64,000 nucleotides of DNA from Cladosporium halotolerans (Eukaryota). The position numbers and the translations under genes were made by a program. The notes under the pieces were generated by a model. The model did not search any database and was not told where the DNA came from. It saw only the letters and a list, made by a program, of their open reading frames with translations. Where the stretch lies: NCBI RefSeq assembly GCF_011745625.1, contig NW_027191463.1, forward strand, positions 186,001 to 250,000, in the 5' to 3' direction. Below are positions 1 through 12,192 of the stretch, one piece after another; within the stretch, counting starts at the first letter, position 1, and each line of letters begins with the position of its first letter.

Positions 1-305
1 GGCGAAGGGAGAACATGTGCAGACGGCTTCGACGCACGGTGGACGCGATCATGCTGTGCTACTATAGCTCCCACGCGACACAACAATGACATCGGCCGGC
101 GTGGAGTGAGGGCAGCCCCGGCAGGGATCTCCATCTGCCGCGGCTACCACCAAGCGGCGGCACGCGGCGCCTCCCTCTAGCGCACGGCCCCGCTCACTGG
201 CTGGCTGGGACGCGCGAAAGCCCTCGCTGGCGATTCCGTCCTGTCTGTGCCATCGCGGAATGCGTGCGCCAACCAGACGTGAGCCCGCCAGACTCCCTCG
301 CGACC

Positions 306-2889
306 ATGGACAACCACAGCATCGTCCAGATCGCCTCGCTCGCCAATAGCCAGGAGCACCAGCAGCACCACCAACAACACCCGCAGCACCAGCAGTCGCA
401 TCCGCAGTATGCCGACAGTCCGGGCGACGCCCACGGCACCAAGAGGAAGGCCGAGGATGGCTCGCAAGGCCCTGGAGGGAAGTCACGGCGCTCGCGATAC
501 ATCTCGCTAGCCTGCAATGAATGCAAGCGTCGCAAGATCAAGTGCAATGGCCAGACGCCGTGCCAGCGCTGTGGGAACCTGAACCTCGAGTGCGTCTATG
601 CGCCGAACTGCTGCACTGGCTTCAAGGACTCGCAGGAGTACAAGGATATGGCGAATCACGTCGCGTCACTTCAAGAGCAGGTCAACATGCTGTATGACAA
701 TCTGAACAATCTGCGTGGGAGCCTGGGCCAGCCAACACCTCCCGTCACCCAGCAGGTCCAACAACAGCCGCAACCTGCCCCACCGCCTCCCCAGTCGAAC
801 ACGCCCATCGACCCGTCACTGCAGAACCATGCATTCGGCCTACCGCAAGCCGCGCCAGGTGCGCCAGTCCCGATGTCACCATCTCATGCCCGGCAACGCA
901 GCTTCTCGCAGCAGCCTACATATCGCGGACCGACCAGCTCGGAATTTAGCTTTGGCGTCGCGAAGAATAGCCTTCAAACTATGGGTATCACGCCTCAGAG
1001 TATGGACGGGAATGGCGAGGTGGAAGCAGAGCCAACCCATAGGGCACCGCAAGAGACAACGACGCCGGCGGAGCGCAACAACCAATTGATCCAAGACACG
1101 CATGAGGAGAAAGATCCGATATACAGCGTCTCGAAAGATGAAGCGCTTCGGCTTTGCCGAGTGTATGCAGAGGAGGTTCATCTCATGTATCCAATTCTCA
1201 ACTTAGAGAAGGTCATCGCGCACACGGAGCGGCTGTATCAGTTCATCGAGGCGATCAGGCGCTCTGGCTTCATGCAGCAAGGCTTCCCTGGCGCAGACGC
1301 TATTTACGACGACGAGACGATCGTGCTGAAATTGATCATAGCAGTCACGTTGACGATGGAGGGATCAGGCGTCAGCGAGTTGGCTCGGAAGATTTTCGAA
1401 AGTCCTGGCGTGCAGGCGGCTGCTAAGAGTGCACTCAATGGGGATCCTCCTGTTTCTTTGAAGTCCGTGCGAATTCTAGCAATGATGGTAGGCTCCACTG
1501 ATTTCGCTTATTTCTCGGGACTGTCACTGACTTCAACAGGCAATGTATGAATTCCACCGCGACAATGAAGTCGCCTCGTGGCGCAACATTGGCAACGCAG
1601 CAAGACGATGTGTCGAGCTAGGTCTACACCGACATGAGACCTATGATGCGATGTCCGAGCCAAACGATCGAGTCGAGGCCAAGATGATGTTCTGGACTGT
1701 CTACATCCTCGACCGAAGATTCAGCTTTGGGACGGGCATGCCGTTTGCGTTGCAGGATACCGATGTCGATCCGTCAGTACCGAAACCCGACGACCGATCG
1801 AGCTACCTATCAGCGATGGCGCGATTCTGCGAGATCAGCAGCAGAGTCTGGCGTACTGTGTCTAAGACTCCAACAGCTGCAAACGACGGCAGTGGAAGCG
1901 TGAACGTTCCTGAGATGGCTTACCTCGATTACCAAGTCATCGACTGGCATCGCAGCATCCCGTCGTCCCTCAAATTTGAGCATCCTTCTCAGCCACCTTC
2001 GAGCGAGCCAGCTCCCTCTCGCGGTGGTTACCGTCTGCGCGTCATCTTATACCTGCGCGCAAACCAGATGCGCATACACATCTACCGACCTGTGCTACAC
2101 TCAGCGACTAGCATCATGCAGAATCGCGAACAAGCGCAGACGACAGTGGACGTGGCGAAGGATACTATCCGCGTGCTCACCCACGTCAGCCAGACATCAG
2201 ATGTTTATCACACGCAACAGGCGTTGTTCAACCCGTTCTTGACGGGAGCTCTGGCAGTCCTGTTTCTTGCCGTCAGCCACACGCCAGCAACTTTTGCCGA
2301 CAACGTCCGCGAGGAATTCTACATGGCCCTCGATCTCGTGCGCGTCCTCAGCAAAGGCAGCCCAATCAGTCAGAGGCTATGGAACGCCATCCGCCACCTC
2401 AAGGAATACGCGCCAAAGCTTGGCTTGATCGCAAACAAAGCGGACAGCCAGCCGCCGCAAAACCACCACCAAAATCACCAGCCAAATACGCTGTCAACGC
2501 CTCAGTCTCTGCCACCGTCTTTACCACAATCTCAGTCAAACTCAAAGTCCGACTCCGATCCCAGCCGGAGCGCAGCCGTCGCCATGGCCGGCCTCGCAGG
2601 CCACAACGTGAACGAAATCGAGCTGTACAACGGCGGCGAACAAAACCAGCAGAGTTCTTGGCCCGTGCCTCTCGGAAATAGTAGTAGTCCTGAAGGCATG
2701 GCGAACGACTTGACGAGCTTGTTTGAGGCCGCTGGAGGGCTGCAGGCAATGGGTCAGGGGCAGGGGTACGGCCAGCATGGGATGAACGGGAACCAAATGG
2801 CTGGTCAGGATCGCGCGCAGCATGCTGAGGACGAGAACGGTGATGCGGCGCAGGTGCAGTTGACGGGGATTATGGATGATCTGTTCTAA
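306..2889 (+). CDS. Zn(II)2Cys6 fungal transcription factor with fungal-specific TF (middle homology) domain; 1 intron
   Basis: ACNECKRRKIKCNGQTPCQRCGNLNLECVY zinc cluster. ORFs 264..1550 and 1543..2889 are joined in frame by intron 1488-1539 (GTAGGC...CTGAC...CAG). Downstream part contains FWTVYILDRRFSFGTGMP, typical of the Fungal_trans domain. Confidence 0.93.
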
Positions 2890-3832
2890 GGAATTGTCAT
2901 TGCGATAGAGTGATACCAGATGCGCCTAGATTGTTGTTTCACAGATCAGTATCGGCTAACGTAATCAACGCACGACATTGGATCAGTCACGATCATGTTG
3001 TTTTGCACATATCCTTTCCTGCATTGGATTCATGATGATTGTCGAAACGTGACGTTCAAAATGACACTGGAAACGCTCAGCTGCCTTCGATTTCCCCGTG
3101 GTGAAGTCCAATCACGTTCAAGCGCACCCTGCTCCACAGCGCAACTGGGGCTCTCAGGCTCAGGCATCTCATCCCACTTTCGGCTCTGCGCGCGAAAGCC
3201 CATTCAACCTCCCCCATAACCACCGCCAAGAGCACAACAACAACTCTGGCACCCGGCCAGTCCCTCGCAGTCGAACGCACCACCTCGGATCCGCTGGAAC
3301 TCTTCCGGCTACCTCGCGAAAAGGCGGACAAGCCCTCAGTGTCGGCGAACGGCGGTGATTTTGCGCCTTTTGGTGGGGCTTGGGTGTGATTGCAGCGCAC
3401 TGCAGTGAAGAGCTTTGGCGAACCGGAGCACGTGATTCTGGCGCAGACGGTCGAGAAGTCGCGCGTGAGCATTGCCTTGCCTTGGACGGCCGGAAACGGT
3501 GTTTTCCAGCTGCGGACCGAGTCACTGCGGACCCATACACAGCCTTGAGGCCCAATCCGCATTTACAGCTACACCGCTCAGCTACCCTCACTCGGAACAG
3601 AAAGAGCAGACCACGACAAAGACCTAGCACTGGAGAGCAGGCTACCACAACATACCACGCGGACGACCTGTCACCGAAACTGGCTCCCAAGCGCGAGTAC
3701 GACCTAGCCGAGCTCTCGGAAACCGCCAGCTCGACGTCCGCCTCCTACGAAGCGGCAGCCGAGCAACGCCTGTCGAACGCGCTAGAGAAAGCCCTCACGA
3801 TCAGCGAGATCGAGCTGGACGAGAACCTGACG

Positions 3833-5083
3833 ATGAGCTCCTCCTCGCAGGCGCCCGAGTCGTGGATATCGGCCTTCTGCTCGCTCGTCGGGCACGAATA
3901 CTTCGCCGAGGTCAGCGAGGACTTCATCGAGGATGACTTCAACTTGACCGGCCTGCAGAGCCAGGTCCCTATGTACAAGGAGGCGCTGGAGATGATTCTG
4001 GACGTGGAGCCTGAAGATGCCAGCGACGAGGAGGAAGAGGAAGAGGACGAAGACGAGGATGAGGACGAGATGCTCGACCCCGAAGGGAAGAGCTACCGGC
4101 AGGCGGACGCGGCGGAGCGGCGGCACCTGCGGATGGCGAGCGACCTGAGCGTGATCGAGAGCTCGGCGGAGATGCTGTACGGGCTGATACACCAGCGCTT
4201 CATCACGAGCCGGCAGGGCATCCAGCAGATGGCGGAGAAGTACGAGCTGGGCCACTTCGGGCACTGCCCGCGCGTGCACTGCTACGGCGCGCGCGTCCTG
4301 CCCGTCGGCTGCTCCGACATCCCCGGCCAGGAGACTGTCAAGCTGTTCTGCCCCAGCTGCCTCGATGTCTACACGCCGCCCAACTCGCGCTTCCAGACCG
4401 TCGACGGCGCCTTCTTCGGCACCACCTTCGGCTGCCTCTTCTTCATGACCTTCCCCGAGCTCGACGTCGGCGGCGACAAGCCCGCCCCTCCCCCTCCAGC
4501 TCCCCTCGTCGACCCTCTCGCCACTGGCCCCTCCTCCACCACAGCAGCAGGCACAAAAACCGCCCGCTCCTCCCTCTCCTCCTCCCTCACATCCCCGCAA
4601 CCCGCCACGGCACCCCACAACACCAGCGCGAGCGCGACCGCCAACGCCAACCCGGTACCCCTCCCTCCCCAACCCGACAACATCAACGGCGTGTCCCCGC
4701 ACAACCTCGCCCCCGGCCTCGGGCACGGCAACATCTACGAGCCCCGGATCTACGGCTTCCGCGTCAGCGAGGTCGCCAAGACCGGCCCGCGCATGAAGTG
4801 GCTGCGCTCGAAGCCCGGCGACGCGAACGAGCTGGACGAGAGCGCGATCTGGGCGGCGGCGCAGGCGGCGAAGGCTGGGGCCGCGGACGCGGACGCGGAG
4901 ATGCCGGATCAGGGCGCGGGCGAGGTGGAAGATGAGGAAATGGAGGGGGTGGGCGAGGTGGTTGCCAAGGGCGGGAAGGGGCGGAGGAGGGAGAATGGCG
5001 GTGGTGGGGATGGGGGGTTGAATGGTAATGGCAATGGGGTTGGGGTTGGGACGGCGGTGAGGGCGGGGAGTGGGGGTGGTTGA
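3833..5083 (+). CDS. CKB1: Casein kinase II regulatory subunit beta
   Basis: SWISAFCSLVGHEYFAEVSEDFIEDDFNLTGL, acidic loop, zinc ribbon CPRVHC...KLFCPSC, DGAFFGTTF and YEPRIYGF. First ATG is at 3833, but the frame stays open well upstream (see findings). Confidence 0.95.
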   Translation: MSSSSQAPESWISAFCSLVGHEYFAEVSEDFIEDDFNLTGLQSQVPMYKEALEMILDVEPEDASDEEEEEEDEDEDEDEMLDPEGKSYRQADAAERRHLRMASDLSVIESSAEMLYGLIHQRFITSRQGIQQMAEKYELGHFGHCPRVHCYGARVLPVGCSDIPGQETVKLFCPSCLDVYTPPNSRFQTVDGAFFGTTFGCLFFMTFPELDVGGDKPAPPPPAPLVDPLATGPSSTTAAGTKTARSSLSSSLTSPQPATAPHNTSASATANANPVPLPPQPDNINGVSPHNLAPGLGHGNIYEPRIYGFRVSEVAKTGPRMKWLRSKPGDANELDESAIWAAAQAAKAGAADADAEMPDQGAGEVEDEEMEGVGEVVAKGGKGRRRENGGGGDGGLNGNGNGVGVGTAVRAGSGGG

Positions 5084-6365
5084 TGATTGGGGTTGATGGG
5101 TGAGGTGCGAAATGATTGAATGTTAGGGGCAACGCGTGATGGGAGGGCGATGAGGCTCTTCTGGGTATTGTTAGGGTACCTTGCGAGGGGCGGTATGATT
5201 AGTTTATATGCTAGCGAACGTTTTTCCTTTTTCTTTTTTTTTTGAATATGCTTCGAATTTCCTTTTCTGGCATTTTCGTCTCGTTGTGGTGAATATTAGA
5301 GTTCGATCTGTGTAGCTCTCACTGTGTCGCAGTGTAGGGTCGTACCGGATAGGTAGCTAGTCGTTACAACATAAGGTATCCTGCAAATGTGATCAGATGC
5401 CAATGCCTGCTGAGCACGGGCAGGGATTAGGACAAGCAATAGCTGAAACAGACTAGAGTCCCTAGCTCGATCATCCCTCTTGAGTAATGTCCCTTTGATC
5501 ATGGCAAGGAACTAGATTGCTGAAGATTGCTCTCATTCCTGGAACACGCCTTGCTCGCTGGAAGAGGTCGTGCCCACGAGTGCGAGTCTATCTTATTTTA
5601 CTGTGATATATCTGGATTCTCTCAACAGCAGTGACATCCATCCTACGTACAACGTCTGACCGGGTGCCTTTTACGCCGAGTCAAGCTTGCCGACTGGACA
5701 TAAGAATCATCAGTCGGAAATGATTGGATCATCAATCTATGATTCGAGCCAGCATCCCGGCTCTCACGAATCAGACGGGCATCTGCAGACCCAGTAGTGC
5801 GGGAACGGCGGGCGAACGAGTTTCTCTTTGGTGTTCCTGCGGGTCCCACACGGCTGAGGCTAGCGGGGTGCTTTGCTTGGAAGGACGCCTGGGGGCCGTT
5901 TCTCAAAACATGAGACCTGAGTCGCGCGCGCAGGAGGAGCTCTACGCGGTATGCGATATGAGCTGGAGGAGTGAGGCGTGCATGGAGCCTTGCGCATCTG
6001 TCATTCCCAGGCGCCCATGCATTTCATTAGCGGCGACCTGACAGGTCGAGGGCCGGGTTGCACGCTGGCCCTACCGCCGCGCGCTTCTGGTGGCTTTCGA
6101 CAGCAGCGCCGGCGCTATGCCTGTTCCTGAAGATCAGCAGTGTGGACGGCTCTCGCTCCACGCAAGCCTTGCCTGGCCCACGACCGTCTGAGCATGTCTC
6201 CCTCCTTCGCTCTCGAGGTCGAACCGACTATCGCGGACGCTCTCACAGGCTCGTCCTGCTGCTACGGAGTTGGGCTGCCTGGAAGCGAGCTGGTCAATTT
6301 TGACTGACCGGCCCATTGGGACTTGGAAGGACTCCGGGCTGTCTCTTGCTCTCGCTGGACCTAGG

Positions 6366-9047
6366 ATGCCCGCCATGTACGATCCCACTCAGCCCTCGGC
6401 CGCGACGGGCAATGTCGTCTCTTGCTACGGACCTCTGCAGCAGCGGCCACAGACGCCGCAGACGCCTCAGGCGCTCGACAAGCCGCTGCCGTCGCTCCCC
6501 TCTCCGACCCTGACAAACCCCGATATGGTTCTGCCCCACGCCGGGTCCGTACATGCGCCAGACTCGCCGGAGAGTCTAGGCGGACCACCCAGCATAAGCT
6601 ATCTGCGAGACATCACCAACCAAGATGCCGGAGAGCGCGCGAGCATGGATCGAGAATGGCAGCTTCAGCAGCCTGCCAAGAAAGAGAAGCGTAGTCTCAT
6701 GGGTCGGAAGATGATGCTTTTGAGGAACCGCCCGGGCAGCGCGAAAAAAGATGACGCTCAGTCGAGACATGATAGTCCGGCTCGACAGGAGTTTTACGAC
6801 GACAATCCACCCATCGCATCGTCGCCCACGATCCACGACGGCGACCGTCTGGCTCCGCAAATCAGCAACGATAAGCGCTCAAGCATCGGTGCTAGCTCGT
6901 TCAACAGTGAAGAATACGAAGCGGCGCTTCCGGCGTTCCTCTCGAGATACCAAAGCAGGGAGGAGACCGAGGATGAGCTCACCGACACTGAAAAGCCACC
7001 GGCGGTGCGCATGGGATACAGTTGCAGCATCGCCGGCGGCGCAGACGCCCAGCGAAAGGCGCAAGAAGAGGAGGAGCACAACTCCGCCATGCTCAGCCAA
7101 CGGGCAGAGCAAATCCTGGCGAACGCGAAAAAGCGGCTGAACCTCATGGAAGGCAACCTGCGCGGCGCGAGGGACTTGGTCGCGCCGCTGACCGCTGCGA
7201 ATCTGAAGCGGGCGACTTCTCTGGGCTCCTCGCATACGTCGCCGGCTTACGGGACGAAAAGGTTCTTGATGGACGGATACACGAACACGCGGCCCGGGCG
7301 GGTTCTACACATGCAGGCTAGCACGCCTTCCCTCGGAGCCGACTACCACCAGGGCCATGCCCGCACCCACAGCGACAATGCGTTGCCGGAGAGGCCTCAT
7401 ACCGCTCTGGCGAGGGGAGATGCTTTTGGCAGGAAAGGACGCATACCTGTACGGCCGAGTAATTCTACGTGGACGGATTTGAGAGGTTCGCGCAGTTTCG
7501 ACTCGCTGAAGAGCAGCGATGTCCAGCCTCCACGCGAATCTCCCGCTGCCATGGGGACTCCTGACCCAGATCTGGAGCCTTTGCCTGAAGAGAGCGCTTC
7601 TCAGGTCGCCCCGTCTGTACGAGACAACCGGGAGAGCGTATATACCGAGTCAGCGTACGGGTACGGTCTGGGCATTACTCGATCGCCTTCGACAACAGAC
7701 AATTTAAGGGAGCAGATGTCCAGCTTGAAAGGCAGGATCTCATCACTCAGAGATAGGGCGAAAGAGGACAGTATCCGACGGCAGAGCTACAACAGCTTGA
7801 AAGACGCGTCGCCGCTCAACAATGCTGATTTTCAGGCGCCCGACATGTGGTATTCTGACTCTTCTAGCCCTGCCGGGCAGAGTCCATTCGATGCACAGAA
7901 TCAGTATCAGAGGAGTCCGTCAAAGCCTGAAGGAGGTGATAGGACGTGGGGCGCACTTCCTTTGAAAACTGGCAGTAGAAATGCTTTCGCGGAGATGGCG
8001 GCAGTGCAGCGATCCGATTCTCCTTCTTTACGCCAGAGACGTATTCAGTACGGAGAGGCGAATGCAGGACACAGCAATCCGCCGGGACAAGGCCATGGTC
8101 GCACTGGAAGCCGAGACATGCCCGGGTCATTCGATACCAGTGACAACGAAGTTCTCTCGGACGCTGGAGGAGGAGCGCAAACATCTACCAGCGACGCTCC
8201 CACGCTTTCCACACCAGAGAACCCCTCGGAATACTTCCCCGACAACGACGACGAAAGCGTCTACGAAGACGCTGAGCCCGACCTCCCAACCTCCGTCGTC
8301 CCCCACGAAGAGCGCGAAGACGCCTTCGACTACGAGCACTTTTTCCTTCACAGTGCCATGGCTCGCTACCAACAAAGCAGCAGCCCCGACCACTCCGACA
8401 CCGACTCCGTCTCCTCCACTTCCACCGCCAAAGGCCCGACCACCACAACCCGCGACCTCGACCCCGCCCACTACGACGGCGCCGACCCGCCCGACACGCC
8501 CGAAGCCCTGCGCGAAATCGAGCGCAAGCTCGCCCACAGCCGCTCACAATCCGTCGACAGCGTCAGCACGCTCGCGTCCTTCGCGACCGCCACCGAGCAG
8601 CAGGGCCGCGCCTCCCCGACCCCGAGCGCCCTCGCCCTCGCCCAAGTCTCCAAATCCCACAGCCGCCGCTCCAGCCGCGCCCTCTCGCGCCCCTCGTCCA
8701 CCGACCCGCAACGCTCCCGCCGACCCCCCTCAGATCCCAGCCGCATCAGCAGCAGTCTGCGCCGCTCGCAGGGCATCCCCACGCCGCTGCTCAGCCCGCT
8801 GCTGTCTTCGACGCCCGTCGCGGACCCTACGACGGTCGCTGTCAATGCGCTGCTGAATCCGCAGGGAAGGTGTCTGGGGCTGAAGGATAAGGCGCTAGTG
8901 TTTGGGGTTGTGGAGAGTTTGCGGAGGGTGTGCGAGAAATTGCAGGAGGGCGAGGATGAGGAAGGGGTGGAAGTGGGGGAGGCGAGGGCGAGGCTGGAGG
9001 GGGTGAGGAGGGCGTTGGAGGGGGTGGGAGGTGGCGAGGAGCGGTGA
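6366..9047 (+). CDS. Large Ser/Pro-rich, probably disordered hypothetical protein with short coiled-coil segments
   Basis: Uninterrupted ORF of ~890 codons with coding-like codon usage. Helical blocks LSQRAEQILANAKKRLNLMEGNL and LREQMSSLKGRISSLRDRAKED, plus HEEREDAFDYEHFFLHSAM. No family recognised. Confidence 0.8.
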   Translation: MPAMYDPTQPSAATGNVVSCYGPLQQRPQTPQTPQALDKPLPSLPSPTLTNPDMVLPHAGSVHAPDSPESLGGPPSISYLRDITNQDAGERASMDREWQLQQPAKKEKRSLMGRKMMLLRNRPGSAKKDDAQSRHDSPARQEFYDDNPPIASSPTIHDGDRLAPQISNDKRSSIGASSFNSEEYEAALPAFLSRYQSREETEDELTDTEKPPAVRMGYSCSIAGGADAQRKAQEEEEHNSAMLSQRAEQILANAKKRLNLMEGNLRGARDLVAPLTAANLKRATSLGSSHTSPAYGTKRFLMDGYTNTRPGRVLHMQASTPSLGADYHQGHARTHSDNALPERPHTALARGDAFGRKGRIPVRPSNSTWTDLRGSRSFDSLKSSDVQPPRESPAAMGTPDPDLEPLPEESASQVAPSVRDNRESVYTESAYGYGLGITRSPSTTDNLREQMSSLKGRISSLRDRAKEDSIRRQSYNSLKDASPLNNADFQAPDMWYSDSSSPAGQSPFDAQNQYQRSPSKPEGGDRTWGALPLKTGSRNAFAEMAAVQRSDSPSLRQRRIQYGEANAGHSNPPGQGHGRTGSRDMPGSFDTSDNEVLSDAGGGAQTSTSDAPTLSTPENPSEYFPDNDDESVYEDAEPDLPTSVVPHEEREDAFDYEHFFLHSAMARYQQSSSPDHSDTDSVSSTSTAKGPTTTTRDLDPAHYDGADPPDTPEALREIERKLAHSRSQSVDSVSTLASFATATEQQGRASPTPSALALAQVSKSHSRRSSRALSRPSSTDPQRSRRPPSDPSRISSSLRRSQGIPTPLLSPLLSSTPVADPTTVAVNALLNPQGRCLGLKDKALVFGVVESLRRVCEKLQEGEDEEGVEVGEARARLEGVRRALEGVGGGEER

Positions 9048-9471
9048 TGGTGTTTTTGGTTTTTTTTTCCCCTGAGGGTTTCGGGCCCGTTTTGAACGTT
9101 TGATTCGTTTTCGGATTGTATCTTTTTTTTCGTGGATGCTCTGAGGAGCTGTATCTTACGATGCCTGTGATGGCTGGATGTACTTTCTTGTTCGGATTGG
9201 GAGGGACTTGGGCATATCCTTTTCTTTTCTTGTTACTATAGTAGATACTTTTACCTTTCTGTGAGATATGGGGAAACGATTGATGCACACACTCAATTTA
9301 ATGGACGGCCGTGTCAAGACCCATTTTCACGACCGTTTCCGATTCACTGCATAATTTCAATAGTGAAGAGTGATGTGCAGTGGCAGTCTCGGTGTTCTCA
9401 TTACTGTTATTTTTCGTGGTATCATCGATGTAGACAGTTCAAAAAACTCATTCAGCAAATAACCAGGAAAT

Positions 9472-10645
9472 CTATTGCCCGCGGCCAGCGCCGCCGCCCA
9501 TGCCGCCCATGAAGTTGCGCGCCATCTCGGCAATCGCAGGGTCGTTCATCATGCTGGACAGGTCGGGCATTCCACCGCCGCCGCCCTGCTGGCCACCAGC
9601 ACCACCAGCACCACCACCGCCGAAGCGGCCCGCCATCTCGCGCAGGCGCGGGTTGTTCATCAGGTTGTTCATCATGTCCGGGTTCGACATCATGTTCTGC
9701 GCCATCTGCCTCATCATCGGGTTCTGCATCAGCGCGCCCAGGTCCGGCATGCCGCCCTGCCCGCCGCCGCCGCCCAGCATGCCGGCCAGCGACGATAGGT
9801 CGGGCATGCCGCCTGCGCCGCCAGCACTCTCGGGACCAGAGCGCGACGCGGTGTCGAGCTCCGGCGACACGCCCTCCTCCTCGCACCGGCGCTTCGCCGT
9901 CTCGTAGCCCTTCTTCATCGCGTCGCTGCCACCGTTGCCCTCGGCCTCGATGCCCTTGGCGTACGCCTCCATGCTGCCCTTCGCGTCGCCGAGCGCGAAG
10001 CGCGACAGCCCCAGCCGCGACCACGCCTTGGTGTACTTGGGGTCGGCGACGGTGGCCAGCTCGGCGTCGTTCTTGGCCAGCTCGTGCTGGCTGTGCGCGC
10101 TGTAGGCCGCCGCGCGGTTCGACAGGTAGATCGGGTTGAGCGGCGAGACTTCCAGCGCTTTGGTGTAGAAGTCGATCGCCGTCGGGTAGTCCTTCTTCTG
10201 CATCGCCGCATTGCCCTGGCCCTTGAGCTTCTCGCTCTCCTCGGTGGGTCCGCCCTTGGCCGCCTCGCTGTCGGGCTGCGAGCTGGGCGGCGCGGAGGGA
10301 GTGCTGGGCCGGCCTTCCTGTGCGGAGCTGGCGCCCTGCGTGGACGCGGTGGATTTGCCCTTGAGCTTCTCGTACACGCCGTAGATGGAGAGGAGGTTCT
10401 GGCCGGCGAGGGCGTCTTTCATCGCGGCCTGGTCGGTCGGGTCGACGTGGAAGCACTCCGCGATGCAGTTGCTCGCGATCTCAATGCTGTCGGCATCTTC
10501 GGCTTGAAGGGTGCCGTCCTTGAGGGAGGAGTTCAGGAAGTCGATCACGGCGAGCGCCAGGCGCTTGCGGGAGTCGGTGGCCTGGGGGCCGTTGTCAGTA
10601 AACGTTGCGTTGGAGGGACGATCGGGTTGCAAATGTGTTTACCAT
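9472..10645 (-). CDS. SGT2: SGT2/SGTA TPR co-chaperone (tail-anchored protein targeting)
   Basis: N-terminal dimerisation domain (KRLALAVIDFL...SIEIASNCIAECF), TPR repeats (LKGQGNAAMQKKDY, YLSNRAAAY, YTKAWSRLG) and a Met/Gly-rich STI1-like C-terminus. First coding exon is the ATG alone (10643-10645), followed by intron 10582-10642. Confidence 0.93.
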
Positions 10646-10770
10646 ATTGTTGTTTTGATGTGTCTGGCCGCTTTGTGTGAGATGTGACAGTGCAGGCGAT
10701 CCAAGCAGTTGTCGCGAAAGAAGGGATATGGAGTTGACGTGAGTCTGTATACCGTGGCCAAGCGAGACCA

Positions 10771-10783
10771 GAAGGTTCTGGAG
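10771..10783. promoter_or_regulatory. Heat-shock-element-like motif in the SGT2/TMA20 divergent promoter
   Basis: GAAggTTCtgGAG is an alternating nGAAn array with one imperfect unit, about 130 bp upstream of a co-chaperone gene. Confidence 0.4.
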
Positions 10784-11001
10784 TCGTCACAGTTCATCAG
10801 TTCCAAGTTCCCTGCCGTTTGGCTCCCACGCGGCGGATGGGCTGAAACAAGCAGGTATGCCGAGACATGGAGGGGTAGTGATGAGCGGGCGCTGCGAGGC
10901 AGAGGCATGGCATGGTGGGGCTCGATTTGTCGCCCAACGTCGCGGTATACGCTCGCCCTTCCTGAGCAATACACCTCCTCAAAACACAAAAGTCCGCAGC
11001 A

Positions 11002-11696
11002 ATGTTCAAGAAGGAAGTCAGTATGTGCCGGCGGTCTAGCAGTAAAGAAAACAACTGACAGCAGTGCCCAGTTTACCGCCGGCCAGAAGAGCAAGGTATG
11101 CCACGAAACGATTAATCGACCGCACGTGAACGAGCAACATCTGACCTCCTACCCTCTTGCAGGTCAAGTCCTCTGCTCAGCGCGCCGTGCGTGCCAAAGT
11201 CATCGAGACCTATCCCGGCCTTGAGCCCTACATCGACGATGTCCTCCCCAAAAAGGAACAACTAGACCTGGTGAAGGTCCCCGATCGCGTTTCTCTCTAC
11301 TGCAACGGCAGCACGCCGCTGTTCTGGCAGCACATGGACGACGCCATCATCCCGCATCTGACGGTCGTGCACAAGTACCCCTGGGCTTTCAAGAGGATAC
11401 GCATCGACAGAGGAGCCATCCGCTTCGTCATGAGTGGCGCCACGCTCATGGTGCCTGGTCTTACGAGCCCTGGCGGAAGACTGCCTGGCGACGAGGATGC
11501 TGGTGTGTATGACAATGGAGGTCAGGATATCGATGCTGGAGAGGTTGTTGTGGTGGAGGCTGAAGGCAAGGAACACGCTTGCCTGATCGGTGTGCTCAAG
11601 ATGGGTACCAAAGAGATGAAGGAGAAGAAGAAGGGCGTCGGCATCGAGAACGGGCACTACGTTGGAGATGGGCTGTGGAAGCTTGACCTGAGCTAA
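11002..11696 (+). CDS. TMA20: Translation machinery-associated protein 20 (MCTS1 family, pre-PUA/PUA domain); 2 introns
   Basis: Spliced start MFKKE|FTAGQKSK|VKSSAQR (introns 11017-11071, 11096-11162). Contains DRGAIRFVMSGATLMVPGLTSPGG and KGVGIENGHYVGDGLW. Confidence 0.93.
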
Positions 11697-12192
11697 ATTG
11701 GGTGGGTGTACAGACGACAAAGCTTGGATTTGCATTGTTTGGGCGAGCGTGAGGAGCAAGGTGTTGCGTTTTGGAGCATGGCATACCCAAAAACTGCGTA
11801 GAGATCGCTATGGGAAAAGTTGCATAGAACGAGACCATGAATAAAAACACAGAAAAGACATCGGTTTGGAAAGGTTCGGAGAGCTCTGTCGGGTTTCACC
11901 CTAGGTGAAGATTTGGTTTCAGACGTTAATTTTGTGTCGAGCGCTCTGGGACATTCATCAACCTTGCAAGATTTTGACATTGTTTCTCACCTTCAGTATC
12001 CCATAGCTCAGCGAAAGCAAAGAGCCTTTCAGATCAGTTCTCGTCCCTCACGATTTGAAGCGGAGTCGTGAATTGCCCGCCACAAACTTGAAGGCAAGTT
12101 TGCCGTGGCCCCCACCAAACATTTGTTTCCTGATCAAGAGCATCCTTGCAGTCAGACACATTCCTATCCTGCCACAAACGATCGATACAGCC

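Noticed and set aside
7981..10456. Long alternative-frame and antisense ORFs such as 7981..8856, 9452..10456, 3782..4726 and 56499..57404
   Set aside because: Shadows of real high-GC3 genes, where stop codons are rare in the other frames.
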